DNA from: an uncultured Muribaculaceae bacterium
Lineage (GTDB): Bacteria > Bacteroidota > Bacteroidia > Bacteroidales > Muribaculaceae
NCBI GenBank assembly: GCA_944321865.1
Contig: CALUMZ010000001.1
Coordinates: 63,477-127,476 of the forward strand
Direction of reading: 5' to 3'
Length of the DNA: 64,000 bases
Position 1 is the stretch's first letter. Every line of letters begins with the position of its first letter. Positions 47,682 through 56,191 of the stretch are shown piece after piece. The notes below the pieces were generated by a model. It worked only from the letters and a program-made list of their open reading frames with translations, searched no databases and was not told the DNA's origin. The translations under genes and the position numbers were made by a program.

Positions 47682-50462
47682 ATGGAGAAAGGTAGAAATT
47701 GTTTTAGGTTTATTTTTTTGATATTTACAGGATTGATTGCCATATCGGCCGATGCCGCAGCCTTGAAGGGGAAGGTGACGGACGAAAACAGTGAGCCATT
47801 GATTGGCGCAACGGTAACAATACCAAGTGCCGGTATAACTGTGGCTACGGATATCGATGGTAATTATGAGATTCCCGGATTGCGCAACGGTTCTTATGTG
47901 GTGGAAGCGTCATACGTTTTTTATAAAACACAATCCACAACAATCAATATTGAAGGGTTGACGACGATGGATTTTGTGATGCAAGCCGAGAGTCAGACAC
48001 TTAAAGAGGTCGTGGTTACGGCTCAGGCTCGCAGAGATTCGGAAGGGACCATTGTTAACCTGCAAAAAAACAGCCTTGTAGTGCAATCCGGAGTTTCGGC
48101 ACAGCAAATAACCCGTACACAAGACAGTGATGCTTCGGAAGTGATAAAGCGGGTACCTGGTATCAGCCTGATAGATGAACGTTTTGTAATGGTGCGAGGT
48201 CTGTCGCAACGGTATAACAATGTGTGGCTTAACAATAGTGCAGTGCCAAGTAGTGAAGCCGATTCGCGTGCATATTCGTTCGACATGATACCGTCGTCGC
48301 AACTTGATAACATGATAATAATCAAGTCGCCGTCGCCGGAATATCCGGCCGATTTCAGTGGCGGTTTTGTTATGATTAACACAAAAGATATTCCCATGAA
48401 GAACTTTTTTAAAGTCTCTCTTGGCGGAAGCATTAATGATAACACGCACTTTCAAGATTTTCAATATTCACTGGGCAGCAGTACCGATTTCTTAGGATTC
48501 GATAATGGTTTCCGCAGTTTGGATGGTGGAATTAGCGGGGTGCTGAAAAATATCGCAGGTGACGGTGTAAACTTGCAGGGTAACGGGTTCAATAACGACT
48601 GGCGTATCCGTAACAAAAAGCCTGTTGCCGATGTATCGTTTAATGCAGAATTGAATCGACGGTGGATAAGCGAAGAGGGTAGGACATTTGCACTACTCGG
48701 TTCACTGAATTATGGCAATAGTTACCGGACTATATTGAATATGGAAAATTCGCTTTTCGGTGCATACGATGTGGCAAATGACCGGCCGGTATACTTGCGC
48801 AATAGTAGAGACAACCAATATAATCATTACGCCAAAGTTGGTGCCATGCTCAACTTGACGTATTTAAGTGCCGATGGCAATCACAGGTATGAATTTAAGA
48901 ATATATTCAATCAGATAGGTCGTGACCGTTATACTTCACGTGTGGGAATAAATGCACAGAGTAACAACGAACAGAGTGCCGAGTATTATTATATGAGTCG
49001 CACCACGTATAACGGACAGTTTACAGGCCGTCATCAATTTACCGACAACCGTAAATTTGATTGGAGTGTGGGTTATGCTTATGCCAATAATTGTATGCCC
49101 GACCGTCGCCGGTATGTAATCAATGATGCACTTGAGAAAGGCAAGCTCGGATTGACGAGTATCAATGACATAGAACGTGAATTTACACGTTTGAATGAGC
49201 ATACGGCATCGGTGAATGTGAATTACCGCGACACTTATACAATAGGACAAATAGAACCGGAATTAAGGGTTGGTGCATATAGCGATTATCGCACAAGGTC
49301 ATACCGGGCAAGAGATTTCATATACACTTATAATGCCGCCAATAATACATTGCCATCGGGATTCATGTATATGGATATTCCCACAGAATTGCTCGTCGAT
49401 GGAAATTATGGTGCAGATAAACTTTACATGCTCGAAAACGTAAGGTGGACTAATAATTACGACGGCAACAATTGGCTCATGGCGGGGTACATCGGAATAA
49501 ATATACCGATTAATAAATTCAATGTATATGCAGGCGTTCGATATGAATATAATAAGATGGAGCTCATCAGCAACACTCGCAATTACGAAAAGAGTCCACG
49601 CAGTTTATTCTATGAAACTAATGACTTCTTCCCGTCGATGAACGCAACTTACAGGTTTACCGACAAACATCAGGCCCGTATGTCATACGGACGGAGCATA
49701 AATCGTCCTGAATTCCGCGAAGTTTCCCCGTCGGTATATTACGACTTTGACTTGGCCAGCAATGTACAGGGTAACACCGGCTTGGAGTCGGCATATATTG
49801 ACAATGTTGATTTGAGCTACGAGTTTTATCCGGCTTCGGGAGAATTGGTTTCGGTGTCATTGTTTTATAAGCATTTTAAGAATCCTATAGAATGGACATA
49901 CACGGTGAACGGAGGGACAAGCCTGACTTATTCATACGAGAATGCCGAAAGTGCCAATACATACGGAGTGGAATTGGAAATAAAGAAGAATCTTGACTTC
50001 ATGGGACTTGACGATTTCAGCATAAACTTCAACGGGGCATTGATTAAGAGCATGGTGGTGTTTCCCGAAGATTCGAAGGAGAAAGATCGCCCCATGCAAG
50101 GTCAGTCACCGTATCTCATAAATGCCGGTATCTTCTACCAACCGCGTAACCTTGGCTTGAATGTGGCACTGCTGTACAACCGGATAGGGAAACGCATTAT
50201 CGGTGTCGGCCGAAGCCTTGGCAGTGGTGATAATGTCGTGAATATTCCTGATTCATACGAAATGCCGCGCAATACTCTTGATTTGAGCGCGTCAAAGAAA
50301 TTCGGCGACCACTTTGAAGTGAAACTTTCTTTGCGTAATATCTTATCGGAGGATATATCGTATAAACAATTTGAAGAAACCGAGCATGGAGAAGTGGAGG
50401 AAGTGACACGCCAATTTGACCCGGGACGAAATTATTCGATAAGTGTAAGTTATTCATTTTAA
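47682..50462 (+). CDS. TonB-dependent outer-membrane receptor with an N-terminal carboxypeptidase-regulatory-like domain
   Basis: 926 aa with a signal peptide. CarbopepD_reg-like LKGKVTDENSEPLIGATVTI, a plug region and a C-terminal aromatic residue (SYSF). Confidence 0.85.
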   Translation: MEKGRNCFRFIFLIFTGLIAISADAAALKGKVTDENSEPLIGATVTIPSAGITVATDIDGNYEIPGLRNGSYVVEASYVFYKTQSTTINIEGLTTMDFVMQAESQTLKEVVVTAQARRDSEGTIVNLQKNSLVVQSGVSAQQITRTQDSDASEVIKRVPGISLIDERFVMVRGLSQRYNNVWLNNSAVPSSEADSRAYSFDMIPSSQLDNMIIIKSPSPEYPADFSGGFVMINTKDIPMKNFFKVSLGGSINDNTHFQDFQYSLGSSTDFLGFDNGFRSLDGGISGVLKNIAGDGVNLQGNGFNNDWRIRNKKPVADVSFNAELNRRWISEEGRTFALLGSLNYGNSYRTILNMENSLFGAYDVANDRPVYLRNSRDNQYNHYAKVGAMLNLTYLSADGNHRYEFKNIFNQIGRDRYTSRVGINAQSNNEQSAEYYYMSRTTYNGQFTGRHQFTDNRKFDWSVGYAYANNCMPDRRRYVINDALEKGKLGLTSINDIEREFTRLNEHTASVNVNYRDTYTIGQIEPELRVGAYSDYRTRSYRARDFIYTYNAANNTLPSGFMYMDIPTELLVDGNYGADKLYMLENVRWTNNYDGNNWLMAGYIGINIPINKFNVYAGVRYEYNKMELISNTRNYEKSPRSLFYETNDFFPSMNATYRFTDKHQARMSYGRSINRPEFREVSPSVYYDFDLASNVQGNTGLESAYIDNVDLSYEFYPASGELVSVSLFYKHFKNPIEWTYTVNGGTSLTYSYENAESANTYGVELEIKKNLDFMGLDDFSINFNGALIKSMVVFPEDSKEKDRPMQGQSPYLINAGIFYQPRNLGLNVALLYNRIGKRIIGVGRSLGSGDNVVNIPDSYEMPRNTLDLSASKKFGDHFEVKLSLRNILSEDISYKQFEETEHGEVEEVTRQFDPGRNYSISVSYSF

Positions 50463-50511
50463 TTAGAAATAAATATATTACTTATTAACAATTATTCTAA
50501 AATCAACCAAC

Positions 50512-52035
50512 ATGAGATTTAAAAGTTATTTTGTCTATGCCCTTATGGCAGGCATTTCGATGGCCTCTGTATCATGTAGCGATGATGAAACGGTAGCCGA
50601 AGGCGGTCTTTATCAATGGGGCGACGATAACGGAGCGATGAGTTGCAACAATGTGCTTTTCAATGCAGACGGTTCGGAGAATCCTAATGGTACTGTAATA
50701 GGTAACGGTTCGCAAGATTTCGTATTCAAAGGTACACAGACCTTGAAAAAAGGAACCTACTTGCTTAAGGGTTGGGTGTATATTGCAAACGGCTCGCAAT
50801 TGACTATAGAACCCGGAACCGTAATCAAGGGTGACAAAGGCACTATGGCAGCCCTGATTGTAGAAAAAGGAGGAAAGTTAATAGCCCAAGGTACAGCAAC
50901 CGAACCGATTGTATTTACATCCAATTCTCCCAAGGGTCAACGTAAACCCGGTGACTGGGGTGGTGTTATCATTTGCGGACAGGCACGCAACAACCAAGAA
51001 GACATGCAGATAGAAGGCGGTCCGCGTACACACCACGGAGGCTCAAATGATGCTGACAATTCGGGCGTGTTGAGCTATGTGCGTATTGAATTTGCAGGTT
51101 ATCCATTTCAACCCGACCAAGAAATCAATGGTCTGACACTTGGCTCGGTAGGTAGCGGAACAAAGATTGACCACGTTCAAGTATCGTATAGCAATGACGA
51201 CTCTTTTGAATGGTTTGGAGGAACAGTAGATTGTAAATATCTTATAGCATACAAAGGTTGGGACGATGATTTCGATACCGATAACGGATTTAGCGGTAAC
51301 GTGCAATTCTGTTTGTCGGTACGCGACCCGCGCATTGCAGATACTTCAAATTCAAATGGTTTTGAGTCGGACAATTGCAGCGATGGCTATAATATAGCGC
51401 CTCTCACAACATGTACGTTCAGCAACGTTACTTTCGTAGGCCCGGTTGGTCGCGACAATTTCGCAAACACAGCCAACGAATATATCAACGGTGGAGCCTA
51501 TTTCCCCAACAATGGTTCGGCACTTGGCAAGTTCCAATCGGCCATGCAAATACGCCGTGGCAGTAGCTTGAATTGCTTCAATTCGGTGGCAGTAGGTTTC
51601 CCGATCGGGTTGATAATCGATGGTCAACGCGGTAATACTGTGGACTTGGCCAAGAATGGAGATGTGAAGGTTCAAAATGTGTGGTTTGCCGGAATGGACA
51701 TACTTGGCAGCGACTTCAACGGGATATATGAGGATGTGCTGTATGATGCAGTTAATGATGCCGTAATAGATGCAAATCAAGTATCCTATTCACACACTTA
51801 CTTCATGAGCCAACCGGGGAACCGCGTGTTTGACGATGCTTCTGAATTGATGCTTGCAGATGCTTGCAATATGGGGGTAAACTTCATGCCCCAGAGCGGC
51901 AGCCCGTTGCTTGGTGCAGCATCGTTTGACGGTGTCGATGGAATGGAGACGGTAAATTACATCGGTGCATTCGATGCCAACGATGACTGGTTGGATGGTT
52001 GGACAAATTTCGATCCTAATAATGCCGACTATTAA
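50512..52035 (+). CDS. Surface lipoprotein of unknown function (Gly/Asp/Asn-rich, beta-helix-like repeats)
   Basis: 507 aa. Lipobox SVSCSDDE and the motif PGDWGGVIICG. Lies 50 nt downstream of the TonB-dependent receptor, so probably co-transcribed. Confidence 0.6.
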   Translation: MRFKSYFVYALMAGISMASVSCSDDETVAEGGLYQWGDDNGAMSCNNVLFNADGSENPNGTVIGNGSQDFVFKGTQTLKKGTYLLKGWVYIANGSQLTIEPGTVIKGDKGTMAALIVEKGGKLIAQGTATEPIVFTSNSPKGQRKPGDWGGVIICGQARNNQEDMQIEGGPRTHHGGSNDADNSGVLSYVRIEFAGYPFQPDQEINGLTLGSVGSGTKIDHVQVSYSNDDSFEWFGGTVDCKYLIAYKGWDDDFDTDNGFSGNVQFCLSVRDPRIADTSNSNGFESDNCSDGYNIAPLTTCTFSNVTFVGPVGRDNFANTANEYINGGAYFPNNGSALGKFQSAMQIRRGSSLNCFNSVAVGFPIGLIIDGQRGNTVDLAKNGDVKVQNVWFAGMDILGSDFNGIYEDVLYDAVNDAVIDANQVSYSHTYFMSQPGNRVFDDASELMLADACNMGVNFMPQSGSPLLGAASFDGVDGMETVNYIGAFDANDDWLDGWTNFDPNNADY

Positions 52036-52071
52036 TCGATACTGAAAATACACAAAAGAATTGTCAATTAG

Positions 52072-52103
52072 GTCGTCGCCGTTTATTGGCGGCGACTTTT
52101 TTT
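52072..52103 (+). terminator. Intrinsic terminator after the TBDR-lipoprotein unit
   Basis: Stem gtcgtcgcc / ggcggcgac, 7-nt loop, T7 run. Confidence 0.75.
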
Positions 52104-52224
52104 CATGGTCTTTGCCGGGGCATTAATTGGAATTTTTTGGTAAAGAGCAAAACTTCGCTTTGGAACTGCCGTTATCGTTGCATTATTTTAACAGGTTTGT
52201 TACTTTACTGTAATATGGCGGGTG

Positions 52225-52232
52225 TAATTTTG
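52225..52232 (+). promoter_or_regulatory. Orphan -7 promoter box TAATTTTG
   Basis: No annotated gene follows. It precedes a 13-codon ORF and a terminator. Confidence 0.4.
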
Positions 52233-52239
52233 CTGCACA

Positions 52240-52391
52240 AAGAATGAAAAAGATTAATAAAGGCTTGATACTTCACACCTTCTAATACGAGTTGGTTAAT
52301 ACGAGAAGAATGATGTATTGACAATCGCAATACATTCTGTAAATATCGTTTATGAGGAAGCCCCCTGCAGTGATTGTACGGGGCTTTTTTA
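52240..52391 (+). ncRNA. Candidate small transcript (sRNA or leader-peptide attenuator), about 150 nt
   Basis: Bounded by the -7 box at 52225-52232 and the terminator at 52358-52391. Contains the ORF MKKINKGLILHTF (52244-52285) and a bulged 11-bp hairpin (52306-52338). Confidence 0.3.
52358..52391 (+). terminator. Intrinsic terminator in the intergenic region
   Basis: Stem aagcccc / ggggctt followed by a T-run. Confidence 0.6.
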
Positions 52392-52437
52392 TTGGGCTTA
52401 ATGATAATGTGCGGAGGGCTTATTCGGAAATAATGGC

Positions 52438-52445
52438 TAACTTTG
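52438..52445 (+). promoter_or_regulatory. -7 promoter box TAACTTTG for the C_GCAxxG_C_C / antiporter operon
   Basis: 122 nt upstream of the ATG at 52568. Confidence 0.4.
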
Positions 52446-52567
52446 TAAATTAATAATGAAAGAGAGTCCTTTAAGGGAGAGAAACCGGTTGTGGCAGATT
52501 TGTGTTGCAGGCGTATGTTGCCCTTAAATAAAATAACCGAATGTGAACGTGATTTAAAACAAATCTG

Positions 52568-53074
52568 ATGGAAAAATTGAATGTAGCAGAACGCGAACAG
52601 CGAGGAATGGATAATTTTAAGCGTGGATACAATTGTGCACAATCTGTGGTGCTCGCTTTTGCCGATGTATATGGCCTTTCTGATGAAATGGCATTGCGTG
52701 TGGCGGCTTCGTTTGGTGCAGGAATAGGCCGAATGCGACTTACGTGCGGTGGCGCAAATGGAATGTTTTTGTTGGCCGGGCTAGAGAATGGTTCAGTAAT
52801 AGCCGGAGATTTAAAAGGCAGAGGTGACAATTACCAATTTGTGCAAGAGCTTGCCGCACGGTTTAAGCAAGAGGCAGGTTCCCTGATTTGTGCAGAATTG
52901 CTTGGCTTGAAACCCGGATTGAAAGAGGGTACAATGCCGGGAGAACGCACGGCTGAATATTATCGAAAACGGCCATGTGTGGGGATGGTGGGACTCGGTT
53001 GCCGCATATATGCCGAGATGTTAAATGAAAGACACGGATATGCCGAAAACGATTCAAATGATTTGAGCAAATGA
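52568..53074 (+). CDS. C_GCAxxG_C_C family (putative redox-active) protein
   Basis: 168 aa. YNCAQSVV, GAGIG and TCGGANG spacing is characteristic of the family. Confidence 0.75.
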   Translation: MEKLNVAEREQRGMDNFKRGYNCAQSVVLAFADVYGLSDEMALRVAASFGAGIGRMRLTCGGANGMFLLAGLENGSVIAGDLKGRGDNYQFVQELAARFKQEAGSLICAELLGLKPGLKEGTMPGERTAEYYRKRPCVGMVGLGCRIYAEMLNERHGYAENDSNDLSK

Positions 53075-54543
53075 TAACGGCCGAGAATTTTCTATTAATA
53101 GGTTCTGTTCTTATATTCATCAGTATATTAATCAGCAAGGCCGGATATAAATTTGGCATTCCCACCCTGTTTTTGTTCTTGGTGATAGGTATGTTCTTTG
53201 GCAGTGATGGCTTGGGCATACAATTCAATAGTGCATCCGACGCGCAGTTGATAGGTATGATGGCGTTAAGCATCATTCTATTTTCGGGGGGAATGGATAC
53301 TAAAATTTCGGAGGTCAAACCCGTCATGCTTCAAGGGGTACTGTTGTCGACAGTTGGAGTTTTATTAACCACCATATTGACCGGGCTGTTTATTTTTTAT
53401 ATATCGGGTTGGAGCAGTACAAGTGTTCAATTGGGATTGTTGACATCGATGCTGCTTGCCGCCACAATGTCGTCGACCGATTCAGCATCGGTATTTAATT
53501 TGTTGAGATCGCAACGCATGAATTTGAAATATAATTTGCGTCCTATGCTCGAACTTGAAAGTGGAAGTAACGACCCAATGGCATATATGCTTACGATAGT
53601 ACTGATACAAGTGATAAACAGCGGAGGCGATTGGAGTATAGGTATTGTTATGCGGGATCTCGGCTTGCAATTTCTTTTTGGAGGAGTAATAGGCTATGCA
53701 GCCGGGAAGTTTAGCGTATGGCTGATAAACAAGGTTAATCTGTCAAATTCGGCATTGTATCCCATTTTATTGCTCAGTCTTGTCTTTGTGACGTTCACGG
53801 TGACAGATCTGGTAAAAGGGAATGGTTATCTTGCCGTGTATATCGCCGGAGTGATAGTTGGTAACGCCCGATTGGTTAACCGCAAGGAGATTAATACATT
53901 TATGAACGGTTTGACATGGCTTGTCCAAATCGTGATGTTCTTGTCGCTCGGGTTGCTTGTCAATCCGCATGAAATGCTCGATATGGCAGGAAGTGCAATG
54001 CTGATAGGTATATTTATGATTTTGGTTGCACGGCCGTTGAGCGTGTTTGCGTGCTTGCTTCCATTCAGGAAAATGAGCGGAAAGGCACGTGTGTTTGTCT
54101 CTTGGGTGGGACTGCGTGGCGCAGTACCGATTATATTCGCTACGTATCCTGTAGTGGCGAATATTCCGGGGGCCGACTCAGTGTTCAATATAGTATTTTT
54201 TATAACGTTGCTGTCGTTGCTGCTCCAAGGCATGTCTATTTCGGTAATGGCACGGTGGTTGAAACTCGACTTGCCACTTGCGCGGGAAGGTAATGAATTT
54301 GGCGTGGAAGTTCCCGAAGAAACCGAAACTCAACTTAAGGATATCACACTCGGCGCAGCAGACCTTGCCAATGGTAACCGCCTCGCCGATATGAATTTGC
54401 CGGCCGGAACACTTGTGATGCTTGTTAAGCGCGGAAACGAGTTTATGATACCAAACGGGCAGCTTGAACTGCATGCAGGTGACAAATTGCTCCTTATTTC
54501 GGAAAATAGGACAAAAGAAACTTTAACCCCGAATGGTCATTAG
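53071..54543 (+). CDS. K+/H+ antiporter (CPA1, NhaP2/CvrA-like) with a C-terminal TrkA-C domain
   Basis: 490 aa. About 12 TM spans plus a soluble C-terminal domain (GTLVMLVKRGNEFMIPNGQLELHAGDKLLL). The ATG overlaps the upstream stop (ATGA). Confidence 0.85.
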   Translation: MITAENFLLIGSVLIFISILISKAGYKFGIPTLFLFLVIGMFFGSDGLGIQFNSASDAQLIGMMALSIILFSGGMDTKISEVKPVMLQGVLLSTVGVLLTTILTGLFIFYISGWSSTSVQLGLLTSMLLAATMSSTDSASVFNLLRSQRMNLKYNLRPMLELESGSNDPMAYMLTIVLIQVINSGGDWSIGIVMRDLGLQFLFGGVIGYAAGKFSVWLINKVNLSNSALYPILLLSLVFVTFTVTDLVKGNGYLAVYIAGVIVGNARLVNRKEINTFMNGLTWLVQIVMFLSLGLLVNPHEMLDMAGSAMLIGIFMILVARPLSVFACLLPFRKMSGKARVFVSWVGLRGAVPIIFATYPVVANIPGADSVFNIVFFITLLSLLLQGMSISVMARWLKLDLPLAREGNEFGVEVPEETETQLKDITLGAADLANGNRLADMNLPAGTLVMLVKRGNEFMIPNGQLELHAGDKLLLISENRTKETLTPNGH

Positions 54544-54553
54544 ACTGCAAAAG
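54527..54553 (+). repeat. Intergenic repeat family, copy C (overlaps the antiporter stop codon)
   Basis: ccccgaatggtcattagactgcaaaag. The TAG stop at 54541-54543 is the TAG of the repeat core. Confidence 0.7.
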
Positions 54554-54734
54554 GGCACCGGCATGTCGTCCCGAATGGGGTGGAGCCAAAATATAATCAA
54601 TGCGGAACGTTATGTCGCTATGTGATTAGAATCAATCGTACCGGCAGTATGATACCATTTGTTGAATATTTACAAAATTTCAAAGAAGCGGTAAATAAAT
54701 GTTCATGGTGACAACAAAATTAGATTTTTTTTTG

Positions 54735-54742
54735 TAATTTTG
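54735..54742 (+). promoter_or_regulatory. -7 promoter box TAATTTTG preceded by a T9 tract, for spt
   Basis: 89 nt upstream of the ATG at 54831. Confidence 0.5.
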
Positions 54743-54830
54743 CAGCCTGCAATGATGAAATGTCAAACAAGAAAGTACGATTTTATTTGCAGATAGTTTA
54801 TAACATTAAAAAGCTAATAATCGATAAACT

Positions 54831-56018
54831 ATGAAGCTACTACAAGCTAAGCTCTCTCAATATCAAGAGCCTCAGAAAGCCAAGGCGTTAGGGATATACC
54901 CATATTTCCGTAAGATTGAGAGTGAACAAGACACCGAGGTTTACATCGGAGGTAAAAAAGTATTGATGTTCGGCTCCAATAGCTATATGGGTTTGACCAA
55001 TCACCCAAAAGTAAAAGAAGCTGCAATAGAGGCCACTAAAAAATACGGTACAGGCTGTGCCGGCTCTCCTTTCCTTAACGGGACTCTTGATATCCATAAA
55101 GAACTGGAAGCCCGATTGGCTGCATTTGTCGGGAAAGAGGACGCAATGATTTATTCGACAGGATTTGAAGTTAATCTTGGAGTAGTTTCATGTATAACCG
55201 GACGTGAAGACTATATTTTGCTTGACGAACAAGATCATGCTTCGATTATAGAAGGCCGCCGGTTGTCGTTCTCTACGGCTTACAAATATAAGCATAATGA
55301 CATGGCTTCTCTTGAGACACAATTGCAGAAATGCGCACCGGACAAGGTTAAGTTGATTGTAACCGACGGCGTGTTCTCAATGGAGGGCGATGTGGCAAAC
55401 TTGCCCGAGATTGTACGACTTGCCAAGAAATATAACGCCACAATCATGGTTGACGAGGCTCATGGTATCGGTGTGTTTGGCAAGCAGGGACGTGGAACGT
55501 GTAATCACTTTGGCGTGAGTGACGATGTTGATCTTATAATGGGAACATTTAGTAAATCGTTTGCTTCGCTGGGTGGTTTCATCGCATGCGACAAATCCAT
55601 TACGAATTATTTGCGTCACCATTCGCGCTCATATATTTTTACTGCAAGCATCACGCCGGCTTCAACTGCAGCAGCCAATGCCGCGCTTGACATTATGTTG
55701 AATGAACCCGAGCGTCAACAACATCTGTGGGATCTGACACATTATGCTCTTGACGGATTCCGTTCGATGGGATGTGAAATAGGCAATACGTCAACACCTA
55801 TTATACCGTTGTTCATACGTGATAACAATAAGACATTTGCTATTACACGCGATTTGATGAATGAAGGTATTTTTGTGAACCCTGTGGTGTCTCCTGCAGT
55901 GGCATCTCATGATACTTTGATTCGTTTCAGCCTGATGGCGACACATACTAAAGAACAGGTAACCATAGCACTTGAAAAGATACACAAAGTGTTCCGCAGT
56001 TATGGCTTGGTTGAATAA
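54831..56018 (+). CDS. spt: Serine palmitoyltransferase (alpha-oxoamine synthase family, PLP-dependent)
   Basis: 395 aa. The N-terminus (KAKALGIYPYFRKIESEQDTEV) resembles Bacteroides SPT. PLP-lysine motif GTFSKSFASLGGF. Confidence 0.8.
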   Translation: MKLLQAKLSQYQEPQKAKALGIYPYFRKIESEQDTEVYIGGKKVLMFGSNSYMGLTNHPKVKEAAIEATKKYGTGCAGSPFLNGTLDIHKELEARLAAFVGKEDAMIYSTGFEVNLGVVSCITGREDYILLDEQDHASIIEGRRLSFSTAYKYKHNDMASLETQLQKCAPDKVKLIVTDGVFSMEGDVANLPEIVRLAKKYNATIMVDEAHGIGVFGKQGRGTCNHFGVSDDVDLIMGTFSKSFASLGGFIACDKSITNYLRHHSRSYIFTASITPASTAAANAALDIMLNEPERQQHLWDLTHYALDGFRSMGCEIGNTSTPIIPLFIRDNNKTFAITRDLMNEGIFVNPVVSPAVASHDTLIRFSLMATHTKEQVTIALEKIHKVFRSYGLVE

Positions 56019-56064
56019 ATCATTTACGCGTAGATAAAGACTTCAATAAATTATATAAAATTTT

Positions 56065-56096
56065 CACCCCGATACGGTTATGTGTCGGGGTGTTTC
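56065..56096 (+). terminator. Intrinsic terminator after spt
   Basis: Stem caccccga / tcggggtg followed by tttc. Confidence 0.6.
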
Positions 56097-56159
56097 AATT
56101 ATGCCCGGCATAAATATTGGGGAAAGGGAAACGCCTTTTTTCGTTAATCTATAATTGCG

Positions 56160-56167
56160 TATCTTTG
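56160..56167 (+). promoter_or_regulatory. -7 promoter box TATCTTTG
   Basis: 25 nt upstream of the ATG at 56192. Confidence 0.5.
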
Positions 56168-56191
56168 TCATAAAGAAAAGATTTGGCTGAA

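Noticed and set aside
52450-52475. gaaagagagtcc resembles the RNase P RNA GAGGAAAGUCC motif.
   Set aside because: It is only a short partial match, and the available space before the next CDS (about 115 nt) is far too small for RNase P RNA.
52205-52642. 145-aa minus-strand ORF (and 52471-52830) across the long intergenic region.
   Set aside because: It overlaps the start of the well-supported C_GCAxxG_C_C gene and crosses two plus-strand terminators. No motifs were found.
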